Assembly (NCBI GenBank): GCA_041641305.1
Contig: JBEPYN010000001.1
Coordinates: 576,001 to 640,000 of the forward strand
Direction of reading: 5' to 3'
Source: Nitrososphaerota archaeon
GTDB taxonomy: Archaea > Thermoproteota > Nitrososphaeria_A > Caldarchaeales > Caldarchaeaceae
DNA length: 64,000 nucleotides
In this document: positions 19,132-28,443 of the stretch, piece by piece
Position numbering within the stretch: position 1 is the stretch's first letter
Layout: every line of letters begins with the position of its first letter
The notes under the pieces: model-generated
Seen by the model: the letters and a program-made list of their open reading frames with translations, nothing else
Databases searched by the model: none
Told to the model about the DNA's origin: nothing
Translations under genes and position numbers: made by a program

Positions 19132-20358
19132 CTACTGTGTTCTGGGCCGGTGCCGAGTCGTCGAAACAATCGACAAAACATCCCTATCCTTTAGACGATA
19201 ATCACCCGGGAGATGAAGCCCTGTCCGCACATCAACCGCGTAAAGCAGACCCTTCTCAAGCTCCGTGTGAATGGCTCGGGCGAGGTCTTTGACGGTTGAG
19301 TTGGGAGGCATGAGATACGCGTCGGGGAGAACATTTCCAGCTCCGTCGGAGAGCTTCGCGGGATCAGACACCGGATAAACCACACTCATCGCCAAAAGCT
19401 TAAACACAGCAACATTAATCGCAAACTGCACACCCGTCCGCATATACTCGCCCAACACACGAGACTGAATAAACTCCAACGCCCTCTTCTGCTCAGGAGC
19501 CAACTTCGACTCATCAAGAATCCTGAAACTCTCCTCACCCGGAATATACTTGACAAACCCCTTCTGAACAGCCCGTCGAAGAGCAAGCTCCGCCTCAGCG
19601 CTCGCGGGAATAACCATGTAATTCGTCAAAGTATCCCTGAGAACCTCGAAATTGGCCCCCGCCGTCTCAAGATCCATCTTATTAGCCAAAACAATCATCG
19701 GTTTAGAGACCTCGAGAAGCTTCTCAGCAAATTTTCTATCCTCAAGCATCGTCCACTTCTCAAACTCCTCACCCCTAAGCCCGGTAAGACGCAGCGCAGC
19801 CTCGATATGCACCGCAGATATCTTGACACCCTGAAGAGCCTCCGCCAAAGTCTCCACAAACCCCTTCCCAGCCTTCAGGTTGCGGACAATCTTATCCTCC
19901 TGCCTATCGATAAGCCGCATCAACCACATCACAAGCTCCTCCTGAATATCGTAGAAATCAGCCAACGGGTTACCCGTACCCATCTCAGTTATCCGCCCCT
20001 CCTCATCAACACTCCCCGAAGCATCAACCACGTGAATAAGCGCATCAGCCTGAGAAGCAACCGAGAGAAACTGGTTACCAAGCCCCTTCCCAGCCCAAGC
20101 ACCCTTAATCAAACCCGGCAAATCAATAATCTCAACAGGAAGATGCCGATACCCATCTATGCAAAGCGAGTTCCGCGGATTATCAGTCACGTTAAACTCT
20201 CTACAAACACAGGGAGTAATGGCATAGGTTGTCCCATAGTTGGGCTGCTTGGTGGTGAACGGATAAGTCGAGATCTCGGCATACTGAAGAGTAGCAGCGT
20301 TGAAAAACGTCGTCTTACCCGTGTTGGTCTTACCTATCAGCCCTATGCGAACAGTCAT
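19132..20358 (-). CDS. ychF: YchF/Obg-family translation-associated NTPase with TGS domain
   Basis: GKTNTGKTT, YPFTT, DLPGL, GLGNQFL and NKMD; C-terminal TGS domain. Confidence 0.93.
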   Translation of the reverse strand: MTVRIGLIGKTNTGKTTFFNAATLQYAEISTYPFTTKQPNYGTTYAITPCVCREFNVTDNPRNSLCIDGYRHLPVEIIDLPGLIKGAWAGKGLGNQFLSVASQADALIHVVDASGSVDEEGRITEMGTGNPLADFYDIQEELVMWLMRLIDRQEDKIVRNLKAGKGFVETLAEALQGVKISAVHIEAALRLTGLRGEEFEKWTMLEDRKFAEKLLEVSKPMIVLANKMDLETAGANFEVLRDTLTNYMVIPASAEAELALRRAVQKGFVKYIPGEESFRILDESKLAPEQKRALEFIQSRVLGEYMRTGVQFAINVAVFKLLAMSVVYPVSDPAKLSDGAGNVLPDAYLMPPNSTVKDLARAIHTELEKGLLYAVDVRTGLHLPGDYRLKDRDVLSIVSTTRHRPRTQ

Positions 20359-20402
20359 CTAACCCCAACACCATATAACATACCGCTCTGTCAAAAACTT
20401 TA

Positions 20403-21275
20403 TCACACCACCCTGTCAAACCTCTTCAAAACCATAGGAAGCATATGTATAACATCCTCGGCAGTAATGTGCAGACCCAATTTCTCTGCAGCCGCCACAC
20501 CAGCAAGGCCGTTGGCAACAGCCGCTGCGACAGCCGCCTGAAAAGGCGAAACCATCCGCGCGAGAAAACCAGCAACAACACCCGTCAAAACATCACCTGT
20601 GCCACCGACCGTCATCGCGGAAGAAAGAGGCTGCTTCCTATTCACAACAACTTCCACACCATCAGACACCACGTCAACATGACCCTTCAGCAAAACCGTT
20701 ACACCATGAAGCTTAGCCATCCTAAACACGCTCTCAACCCTCTCCTCAACCGTGGAACCCGGCTCCTCACCAAATAGACGCTTAAACTCACCAGCATGCG
20801 GCGTCACAACAGCCCTCGCACCACGGAGATGCAAAAGAACATCGCTGAACAAAGCGGTCGCATCAAGCACAACAGCAATCTCCCTTTCAATAAGAAGCCG
20901 AACAAGCTTAACCACACCCTTCTCACATCCCCCCGCAAGACCCGGGCCAATAGCCGCAGCGTTCACGTTATCAAGCACCTTCGTAATCCTGTCAACAGAC
21001 TTCGACGTCAGCTTGTAGTCATGCAACGGCAGCACAATAAGCGAGGGAGAGAGAGCCCTTATCGCGGTAGCGACTTTCTCCGGCGCGGCTGTGTAAACAA
21101 GGTCTACACCTGTCCGCATAGCGGCCATAGAGACGAGGAAAGGCGCTCCATGATAAAGCCAGCTCCCCCCAACAACGAGAACAACACCGTTATCACCTTT
21201 CCTCGACCAAGCCCGCCGCGGAACACAACCCCTTGCAAGGTCCTCCTCAACCGCCTCCCGCCAAGAAACAGCCAC
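20403..21275 (-). CDS. nnrD: ADP-dependent NAD(P)H-hydrate dehydratase (YjeF C-terminal domain)
   Basis: KGDNG.VLVVGGS, IGPGL, TPHAGEF, LLKG and GGTGDVLTG. Confidence 0.93.
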   Translation of the reverse strand: MAVSWREAVEEDLARGCVPRRAWSRKGDNGVVLVVGGSWLYHGAPFLVSMAAMRTGVDLVYTAAPEKVATAIRALSPSLIVLPLHDYKLTSKSVDRITKVLDNVNAAAIGPGLAGGCEKGVVKLVRLLIEREIAVVLDATALFSDVLLHLRGARAVVTPHAGEFKRLFGEEPGSTVEERVESVFRMAKLHGVTVLLKGHVDVVSDGVEVVVNRKQPLSSAMTVGGTGDVLTGVVAGFLARMVSPFQAAVAAAVANGLAGVAAAEKLGLHITAEDVIHMLPMVLKRFDRVV

Positions 21276-21322
21276 GTCATCAACATCTTTAACCGGCTAA
21301 AAAATCTAAGAATCGCCAGCAC

Positions 21323-22084
21323 ATGGAACAGGACGAGGTCTATCTCCTGGGCGGAGGAGTTTACGCCGTCACGGCGGCGGCGAGACTCAGCCGCGAAGGC
21401 CACAAAGTCAACCTCATAGCCGTGAGCAGGAGGCTCGGCGTTTTCCCCTTCACAGTACTCCCGCAGCAGTTTTTTGCCGAATTTCACCTTAATTCCGCAA
21501 AACACATAGAAGCCTCAATTACCACATCGGAGATAGAGGACGAGAAATTTGAGCTGAGCGAAAATCTGTATGTCTGCCGCACAACACCATTATTAGAGGA
21601 GTTGGTGAAGCTCCACAACATCGGCTACACATCTAAACCACCTCACTCAGCCAAAACAATCAACTGCATAGGAACAACGTGGAAAGAGATACGCTGCATG
21701 CAAACACTCGAAACAGCGGACACTGCGAAAAACATTCTGAAGATAAAACCGGAACCCGGAAAACAGATATCCATCACCTACTACTTCAACGGCCTCGCCA
21801 TCAAAACAACATACACAAAAGCAAAAACATTGACCGAGAAAAATGTGCTGGCCTCGGTCGAGAGAGCGACGGCCTTCACACATCCCGAAACCATGGAGAC
21901 AACGCCAACAATTTCCTTTCTGGGGCCTGATTATGGGGAATGGCGGCCAAACATAGACGAGGCCCTGGCCGAGGCTATGGAGCTTGAGCGGCTCCTATAC
22001 ACAGGCTTGGAGCCGGCGCGACTTAACGTTTTTATCGAGCGAATAATCATAAACCACGCGAAAAGAGGCGAACAACATGGTTGA
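21323..22084 (+). CDS. Hypothetical protein with an N-terminal Rossmann (FAD/NAD-binding) motif
   Basis: VYLLGGGVYAVTAAARLSREGHKVNLI; the remainder is unrecognised. Confidence 0.6.
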   Translation: MEQDEVYLLGGGVYAVTAAARLSREGHKVNLIAVSRRLGVFPFTVLPQQFFAEFHLNSAKHIEASITTSEIEDEKFELSENLYVCRTTPLLEELVKLHNIGYTSKPPHSAKTINCIGTTWKEIRCMQTLETADTAKNILKIKPEPGKQISITYYFNGLAIKTTYTKAKTLTEKNVLASVERATAFTHPETMETTPTISFLGPDYGEWRPNIDEALAEAMELERLLYTGLEPARLNVFIERIIINHAKRGEQHG

Positions 22085-22367
22085 AGACTCCATCGTCCTC
22101 GTGGGAAGGAAGCCGACAATGAACTACGTGCTGGCGACGACTTTGCCCCTCGCAGAAGGCAGAAGAGTAGTCCTGAAGGCGCGTGGGAGAGCAATAGCCA
22201 AAGCAGTAGACGTCGTCGAAGTTGTCCGAAGACGTTTTGTCCAAAACGCTGTAGTCGAAAAAATAAGCATCGGAACAGAGGAGGGCAAAGTCGGAAACGA
22301 CGGCAGACAGCGAAACGTCAGCACCATAGAAATAATACTGAGCCAGCCTAAAACCTCGAAGAAGTAG
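22077..22367 (+). CDS. albA: Chromatin protein Alba
   Basis: VGRKPTMNYVLA, LKARGRAIAKAVDV and NVSTIEI. Confidence 0.97.
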   Translation: MVEDSIVLVGRKPTMNYVLATTLPLAEGRRVVLKARGRAIAKAVDVVEVVRRRFVQNAVVEKISIGTEEGKVGNDGRQRNVSTIEIILSQPKTSKK

Positions 22368-22431
22368 GCAAAGCCCGGACAACTCCGGGTTCATTATATT
22401 TTTATTATATAACAGATTGCATTACTTTAGG

Positions 22432-23067
22432 GTGTTGGCTGAGAGGTCTACGGATTCTGTGTGGGTTGTCTGCAACAAATGTGGAGCGAAAACACTCAAA
22501 GGCCGCTTTTGTATGAAATGCGGCGCACCTCTCACCCAATACACCGCGGCACATTATCACTACCGCTTTAGGGTTGATGTTTTGGGCGAGAAGAATGTGG
22601 GGAAGACATCTTTGATAGAGAAGCTGGTGTCTTCAAGCAATGTGAGCGCAGACCTGGGCTCGACCACATCGGGAGGCTGGATTATAGGGAATGCAGAGGT
22701 GGTCATCGACTTCAGGGAGTCGGACGTAATGCATGCCTCTCTCGATGATAAAACTGACACCGCTGTTCTGGTCTTTGATTTAGGCAACCGCCGCAGCTTC
22801 TTGAAATGCCTTTACTTCCTCCAAAAGTTGAAAACTCTCCCAAATCCTCCCCCCGCTTTCCTAGTGGTTAACATGAAAGACGAGACAGCAGACAGAGAGG
22901 TTAATCAGCAGGAAGCCGTTGAGATGGCCAAGTCGTATGGATTAACCTTCTTAGAGGTATCTACTTCAACAGGCCATAACATCGATAAGCTGCGGAAAGA
23001 GCTTATAAGGAGGCTTCTCAACAAAAAGCTAGAGCAAGTCCGAAGGTTGTTGAGCGATGGTCAGTGA
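22432..23067 (+). CDS. Ras/Rab-like small GTPase with an N-terminal Zn ribbon
   Basis: CNKCG..FCMKCG; G1 GEKNVGKTS; LVFDL..RRSF; G4-like NMKD; G5 FLEVSTSTGHNI. Start approximate. Confidence 0.8.
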   Translation: MLAERSTDSVWVVCNKCGAKTLKGRFCMKCGAPLTQYTAAHYHYRFRVDVLGEKNVGKTSLIEKLVSSSNVSADLGSTTSGGWIIGNAEVVIDFRESDVMHASLDDKTDTAVLVFDLGNRRSFLKCLYFLQKLKTLPNPPPAFLVVNMKDETADREVNQQEAVEMAKSYGLTFLEVSTSTGHNIDKLRKELIRRLLNKKLEQVRRLLSDGQ

Positions 23068-24079
23068 TTCGTTGATCAGGAGACCGAGTGTCGAATCCTT
23101 TGTTAGAAATCTGGAGGCTACAGGGGTTGAATCGGTGGACCCAGTCTTCGAAAATACATCTTATCGTTATCCGCTTGCTGAGGAGTATTTTGGAGAGGAT
23201 GCCGAAACCGTTCTTGAAGAGTTGGCGCAGCTGGGCATCTTCGAGAAAAGGCTGATTGACTCAGCTCTGATGTGTCCAGACTGTGGCACGCTCGCCCAGG
23301 TTCTCAAACCAGTTTGCCCAACATGCAGCTCCGGCCGGCTGGTTAAGGGCAACGTTATTGAACACCTGCTTTGCGGATATGTTGACTTTGAGCACGAGTT
23401 TCTGCGGCAGGGCTTCAAATGCATCAAATGTGGAAAAGAGCTTAAAACACTTGGGGTAGATTACCGTAGAGCCGGAGTCTTTTACAAATGCATGTCCTGC
23501 GGCAGAGTCACAGCGATTCCGGTGAAGAGATGCATTTGCGGTCACTGCGGAAGAGCAAGCACGGAGGAGGAGCTACATCTCAAATCCGTTTATAGCTATG
23601 TTGTGGTCAGAGAAAAATTCGCTGTTCTCAAGGGAGTATTTTTCGACCTCTCCCCACTCATCACACTCATCGAGTCGAACGGCTACGTCGTCGAGTCTCC
23701 CGCAAAAGTTGTCGGAGTGTCCGGTGTGGTGCATGAGTTTACACTCTATGCAAGCAAACCCGGTGCGCCTGCCTCTACAAGCCTCGCTGTCGACATCGTC
23801 CGAGAAGTAGACGACATCAAGTTGTTTGAATTCTTCACAAAAACTTTCGACGTCAAAGCTGGGGCAGCTTTACTTCTCTGCCTAAGCAATACCGATGAGA
23901 AGGCCAGAAAGCTTGCGCAAACCTTTAACATACAGATGCTCGAGTTCTCATCGCCTGACGAACTTGTCGAAAAATCCAAACCATACATCGCCAAAATACT
24001 TGAAAAGTTGAGTAAAAAGGAGTTAGCCGATGAAGCTAATTACCTTGAAGAGCTACTGAAGAAATTAGACAAAGTTTAA
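23057..24079 (+). CDS. TackOD1-like multi-Zn-finger protein with a C-terminal restriction-endonuclease-like fold
   Basis: wHTH-like LEELAQLGIF, six CxxC-type pairs including IEHLLCGY and LGVDY, then GVSGVVHEF. Confidence 0.75.
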   Translation: MVSDSLIRRPSVESFVRNLEATGVESVDPVFENTSYRYPLAEEYFGEDAETVLEELAQLGIFEKRLIDSALMCPDCGTLAQVLKPVCPTCSSGRLVKGNVIEHLLCGYVDFEHEFLRQGFKCIKCGKELKTLGVDYRRAGVFYKCMSCGRVTAIPVKRCICGHCGRASTEEELHLKSVYSYVVVREKFAVLKGVFFDLSPLITLIESNGYVVESPAKVVGVSGVVHEFTLYASKPGAPASTSLAVDIVREVDDIKLFEFFTKTFDVKAGAALLLCLSNTDEKARKLAQTFNIQMLEFSSPDELVEKSKPYIAKILEKLSKKELADEANYLEELLKKLDKV

Positions 24080-24107
24080 ACGGATGTAGAGGCCGCTTAA
24101 TCCGCAG

Positions 24108-25154
24108 ATGGTCTTTAATGGTAGAGGTCTTCTTCCACCTGTATTTCTCAATCTTTTGATTGGATTGTTAGCCGGCGCTTCGAGGATGGGGCTTCTACCC
24201 ATGCTTGTATCCAACGCTGTTCAAAACCATGGTGCACTCATGATGATGGGGTTCATATCCGGCATAATAGTCGTGGAACGCGCCAACACATTAAAGGACC
24301 CGTTTCTGACAGCGGCGTCCATCGCCTTCCCCGCTGGCGGGTTTTTGCTCATCGCCGGCATAGACTTCGCCGCATACTATGCATGGTTCTTCGGCTCACT
24401 GCTCTTCGTCATGTGGTCTGTGAGCTTTCTTGCAAAGTATAGAGGCAGGTATTCTGGCTTTTTCTTTCTCTTCTCATCTTTTCTCAACTTCTTAGGTGTA
24501 TGTTTCTACGCCTTCGGCTATCCAGCCACCTTCTATGTGTATAGCTGGGTGGGCTTCATCGTGTGCTTCATATGCGGTGAGCGGATGGATATGCTTCAGA
24601 TATCGAGGCCCAGCAGCCTCTCCCGTCTGGCAGCTTTTGCGTCGCCGGCCGCCGCCTTAGCAGGCGTCATCTTGGTCCGGAAAGAGCTTATGGCCCTGTT
24701 TTTCCTTCTTCTGTTGCTTGCCGTGACGCGGCACGACCTTGCCATAAGAATGTATAGAAGGCCGGGTTTCAGCCGATTTCTATCCATAGGGGTAATCACT
24801 GCCTACGCTTGGCTAACCGCTGCGGTCCCCATATGGACCTTGTCATCCTCGTGGGACGCGATGCTTCACACAATATTCCTCGGCTTTGTGGGCACGATGA
24901 TTCTGGCCCACGGGCCCGTCGTCTTACCAGCCGTACTGAAAATCAAACACTTTTTCAGCCCACTCCTCTACATACCCTTCATCATACTACAGACGTCCAC
25001 CATCCTACGCATCTGGTCGGGCGTCTTCATCCGCGTCGATGCATGGGCCTTATCCGGGCTGGCCACAATCTCCGCAGTAGCAATTTACGTCTTACTCGCG
25101 TTCTCAACCAACGTCGTAAAGAAAACCTTTTTGAAAAATCGTTTACCTTCCTGA
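24108..25154 (+). CDS. Polytopic membrane protein, NnrS-like
   Basis: HGALMMMGF..ERA, GER and HTIFLGF..MILAHGP; about 11 TM helices. Confidence 0.65.
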   Translation: MVFNGRGLLPPVFLNLLIGLLAGASRMGLLPMLVSNAVQNHGALMMMGFISGIIVVERANTLKDPFLTAASIAFPAGGFLLIAGIDFAAYYAWFFGSLLFVMWSVSFLAKYRGRYSGFFFLFSSFLNFLGVCFYAFGYPATFYVYSWVGFIVCFICGERMDMLQISRPSSLSRLAAFASPAAALAGVILVRKELMALFFLLLLLAVTRHDLAIRMYRRPGFSRFLSIGVITAYAWLTAAVPIWTLSSSWDAMLHTIFLGFVGTMILAHGPVVLPAVLKIKHFFSPLLYIPFIILQTSTILRIWSGVFIRVDAWALSGLATISAVAIYVLLAFSTNVVKKTFLKNRLPS

Positions 25155-25157
25155 AAC

Positions 25158-25952
25158 ATGGTCTTGCGAGGTGAGACTGTCTCATCCATTCTCGCAATAG
25201 CCTCGATAGTGTTGATTCTCATCGAGTATTTTGTCCCTCTTAGCTTTGACCAGCTTGTCACGATAATGGCCTTGGATGGGTTGATTGTGCTCTATCTTGG
25301 CGTGGACCTTGTTAGACGTGCGAGGGCCTCCGGTAATTTGGCCAACTATGTGAGGAGGAGATGGTATGAGGTGGTTGCTCTGGTTCCTATGTTTGCACTG
25401 TATCTGCTTGAGACGCAGACCATTGTTGGAGCGGTGTTGAGAGGCTTTAGGCTTACGCGGCTCCTGAGGCTTTTGCTGGTGACCGCTAGGACGCGGAAAA
25501 CGTTGATACATTTTCTCGAGGTTGTTTCAGTCAGTCGCCTCATCTACCTCCTACTTGTCTCGGCCATCGTGGTTTTCACGGGAACGATCTCGGCATACCT
25601 GTTGGAGGTAGGTGTTGAAGGCTCCAAGATAAGAGACATCGGCGACGCATTTTGGTGGGCGTTGGCAACCGTGACAACGGTTGGATACGGTGACGTTGTC
25701 CCGGTCACGGTGGCTGGACGGGTTGTCGGCTCCGTCCTGATGGTGACGGGAATAGCGATACTGGGCGTCTTCATCTCCTCACTCGGCTCAGCCCTCCTAC
25801 TCGAGCGTGCTGCCCAGAAATCATCAAGCGATGAGCTCAAAGAAATCTTGAAAAAGAAAATAGACATGTTGGAGAACCTCAGCGAAGAGGAGTTGAACCA
25901 GCTGGTCGGGTTGATAAAGGTGTTACACGGGACTTCTCCACGTCGTAGGTAA
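25158..25952 (+). CDS. Voltage-gated potassium channel (KvAP-like)
   Basis: S4 segment LRGFRLTRLLRLL and pore WWALATVTTVGYGD. Confidence 0.95.
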   Translation: MVLRGETVSSILAIASIVLILIEYFVPLSFDQLVTIMALDGLIVLYLGVDLVRRARASGNLANYVRRRWYEVVALVPMFALYLLETQTIVGAVLRGFRLTRLLRLLLVTARTRKTLIHFLEVVSVSRLIYLLLVSAIVVFTGTISAYLLEVGVEGSKIRDIGDAFWWALATVTTVGYGDVVPVTVAGRVVGSVLMVTGIAILGVFISSLGSALLLERAAQKSSSDELKEILKKKIDMLENLSEEELNQLVGLIKVLHGTSPRRR

Positions 25953-25959
25953 CACCGAT

Positions 25960-27084
25960 ATGTCGAAGGGTATCAGAGCCGTTGCAATCCTCGGTCTGGT
26001 CTCGCTGCTCGGAGACCTTGTCTATGAGGGGGGCCGCTCTGTTCTTCCCGACTACATGCGTCAGCTGGGAATGGATGCTTTCATGGTGGGTGCCGCGCTT
26101 GGCGTGGCTGAACTGGCGGGCTGGGCTGCGAGGCCGTTGGGCGGAATGTTGGCTGACAAAACAGGCAGATACTCGTTGGTCGTGAAGCTTGGCTACGCTG
26201 GCCTATTTGTCATCCCTCTTATGGGCTTTGCACCTTTCTGGTGGCTACTGGTCGTGCTTGCTTTTCTCGAGAGGGTTTTCAGGGGGATGCGTGTCCCGGC
26301 CCGTGACGCCATGCTCGTGAGGCTGCGGGGAGATGTGAAGATCGGGAAAGCGTTTGGGCTGCATGAGTTGATGGACCAAGTCGGCGCGGCAGGAGGCCCA
26401 TTACTGGCCATATTCGTGCTGATAAGCCTCCCAATCCCGTTTGTCTACTATATCCTCGCGATACCCTACCTTATTCTCCTCATCGTGCTCACGCGGGTGC
26501 CGACGTATAGGGAAAAAGCCGCTGAGTTGAAGGGGTTGAAGCCTACGAGGGGAGTGGTTCTCATCTCGTTGGCCGCTGCGTTGAACACAGCTGGCTTGTT
26601 GCCCGTGCCGCTTTTACTTTACATGGTTTCTCTCCAGGCAGGCTCAGGGTCGTGGCTCATACCCGCCGCCTACACCATCGCAATGGTTGTGGACGCTTTC
26701 GCCGGACTCATTCTGGGGATACTGTACGATAGATGGGGGATTAAGATAGTTGCCTTAGTGGCACCCGTGTCTGTTTTGCCGACGGTCTTCATCTACTCGG
26801 ATGTGGCGCTTCTCATGGTTGCGGCTTTTTTGATCGGTGTTGTGATCGGTGCGCAGGAATCTATTTTCAGGGCCGCTGTCGCCGACTTGGCTCGTCTCAA
26901 CAGCCTCGGATCAGCCTACGCATCCTATGGACTTGCATTTGGAGCCGGAGCAGCCATCGCGGGCGCGGTCTACGGCTACATGATTCAAACAAACACAGGA
27001 CTCGAATACATTCTTCTATTCACAGCTCTCATGCAAACCATATCCGCTATACTCATCCTAAACGCCGCGAAACAGAAGAAATAG
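25960..27084 (+). CDS. MFS transporter
   Basis: LVSLLGDLVYEG, GMLADKTGR, R.PARDA and AFGLHE.MDQ.GA; 12 TM helices. Confidence 0.9.
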   Translation: MSKGIRAVAILGLVSLLGDLVYEGGRSVLPDYMRQLGMDAFMVGAALGVAELAGWAARPLGGMLADKTGRYSLVVKLGYAGLFVIPLMGFAPFWWLLVVLAFLERVFRGMRVPARDAMLVRLRGDVKIGKAFGLHELMDQVGAAGGPLLAIFVLISLPIPFVYYILAIPYLILLIVLTRVPTYREKAAELKGLKPTRGVVLISLAAALNTAGLLPVPLLLYMVSLQAGSGSWLIPAAYTIAMVVDAFAGLILGILYDRWGIKIVALVAPVSVLPTVFIYSDVALLMVAAFLIGVVIGAQESIFRAAVADLARLNSLGSAYASYGLAFGAGAAIAGAVYGYMIQTNTGLEYILLFTALMQTISAILILNAAKQKK

Positions 27085-27091
27085 TTAATTC

Positions 27092-28066
27092 ATGGATGAC
27101 CTCGACAAGGAGTGGATGATTGCTCTAAGAGATGTTTACCGAGCGCGAAAAATTTTGTCCAAATACTTGACACCGACTCCTCTTCTTTACTCAAAAAAGC
27201 TTTCCAAGGAGTTGGGTGCAAACGTCTACGTGAAGCTTGAGAACATGAACCCGACCAACAGCTTCAAAGTCAGAGGAGGTCTCTATTACATGAGCCTGAT
27301 GCATGACAAGGTACGGGGAGCTGTAACCGCGTCTATGGGGAATCATGCACAATCAATCGCCTACTCTGGCTCGCTCTTCGGAGTGGAGACAACGATTGTG
27401 ATGCCCAGCTGGGTTAACCCTTTGAAAAAAGAGGCGGTCGAAGAGCTTGGGGCGAAAGTTATCACCTATGGAGCATACTATGACGAGGCCGCCGCATATG
27501 CACAGCATTATGCAGAGGAGCGTGGGCTTGTTTTCATCGATCCGATAAATGAGGTGAGGCTGTATCCCGGTGTCGCGACCATGCATCTCGAGGTCGTCGA
27601 GGAGCTTCCCAGCGTGGAGACTGTGTTCAACCCGTTGGGAGGAGGCTCGGGCGCGATAGGCGCGGTCACTGTCTACAAATCCATTAACCCGGCGGTAAGG
27701 GTTTACGCCGTTCAAGCAGAGGGCGCTCCAGCCTTCTATCTCTCCTACAAAAAAGGCATGCTACAATCCACCGACGGAGTCAAAACAAGGGCAGAGGGCC
27801 TCGCGGTGGCCAAAGCCTATGAAACACCTTTCCAGCTGCTCAGAAACAGGCTCGACGACGTCATACTGGTGTCGGATGAAGAGATGGAAAACGCTGTCGT
27901 GAAGCTCTACAACGCCGTCAGACAGGTTGCCGAGCTCGCCGGCGCCGCCTCAACCGCGGCCGCCTACAAATCAGCCGAAAAAATATCCGGAAAAACGGTT
28001 GTCCTCATGCTCACTGGCGGAAACATAGATCATAAACGGTTCGCGGAAATATTAGCCAAACATTAG
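27092..28066 (+). CDS. PLP-dependent threonine/serine dehydratase
   Basis: KLENMNPTNSFKVRG, ASMGNHA, PLGGGSG and TGGN. Confidence 0.92.
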   Translation: MDDLDKEWMIALRDVYRARKILSKYLTPTPLLYSKKLSKELGANVYVKLENMNPTNSFKVRGGLYYMSLMHDKVRGAVTASMGNHAQSIAYSGSLFGVETTIVMPSWVNPLKKEAVEELGAKVITYGAYYDEAAAYAQHYAEERGLVFIDPINEVRLYPGVATMHLEVVEELPSVETVFNPLGGGSGAIGAVTVYKSINPAVRVYAVQAEGAPAFYLSYKKGMLQSTDGVKTRAEGLAVAKAYETPFQLLRNRLDDVILVSDEEMENAVVKLYNAVRQVAELAGAASTAAAYKSAEKISGKTVVLMLTGGNIDHKRFAEILAKH

Positions 28067-28107
28067 CCTAAATATCGCGTAATCCCATTATATTTGGTGT
28101 CGACACC

Positions 28108-28443
28108 TTGGGCAAGCGGAAAATTGTCTCTGAACCCGATGAACTGGATCAGTTGATGGAGCCGGGGCCGGGGGATGTCTACGGGGTGGTGAGCAAGATG
28201 TATGGATATGACAGGCTTTTGGTGGATTGTTCGGATGGTAAGCAGAGGGTTTGCAGGATACGGGGGCAGCTTAAACGCCGGATCTGGATTAAGGAGGGGG
28301 ATCTTGTTCTTGTCTCGCCGTGGGATTTTCAGAGAGACAGCAGAGGCGATGTCTGGTGGCGTTTCACACACAACCAGGCCCTCGAGCTCGCCAAAAAAGG
28401 CGTCATCCCAGATTTTTTGAAAGCCAAACTGGGAGCTTCCTAG
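28108..28443 (+). CDS. eif1a: Translation initiation factor aIF-1A
   Basis: CSDGKQRVCRIRG.LKRRIWIKEGDLVLVSPWDFQ. Confidence 0.96.
   Translation: MGKRKIVSEPDELDQLMEPGPGDVYGVVSKMYGYDRLLVDCSDGKQRVCRIRGQLKRRIWIKEGDLVLVSPWDFQRDSRGDVWWRFTHNQALELAKKGVIPDFLKAKLGAS

Noticed and set aside
19356-19367. TCGCGGGATCAG in ychF matching the end of the CRISPR repeat
   Set aside because: Only 12 nt, inside a conserved coding frame; probably chance.
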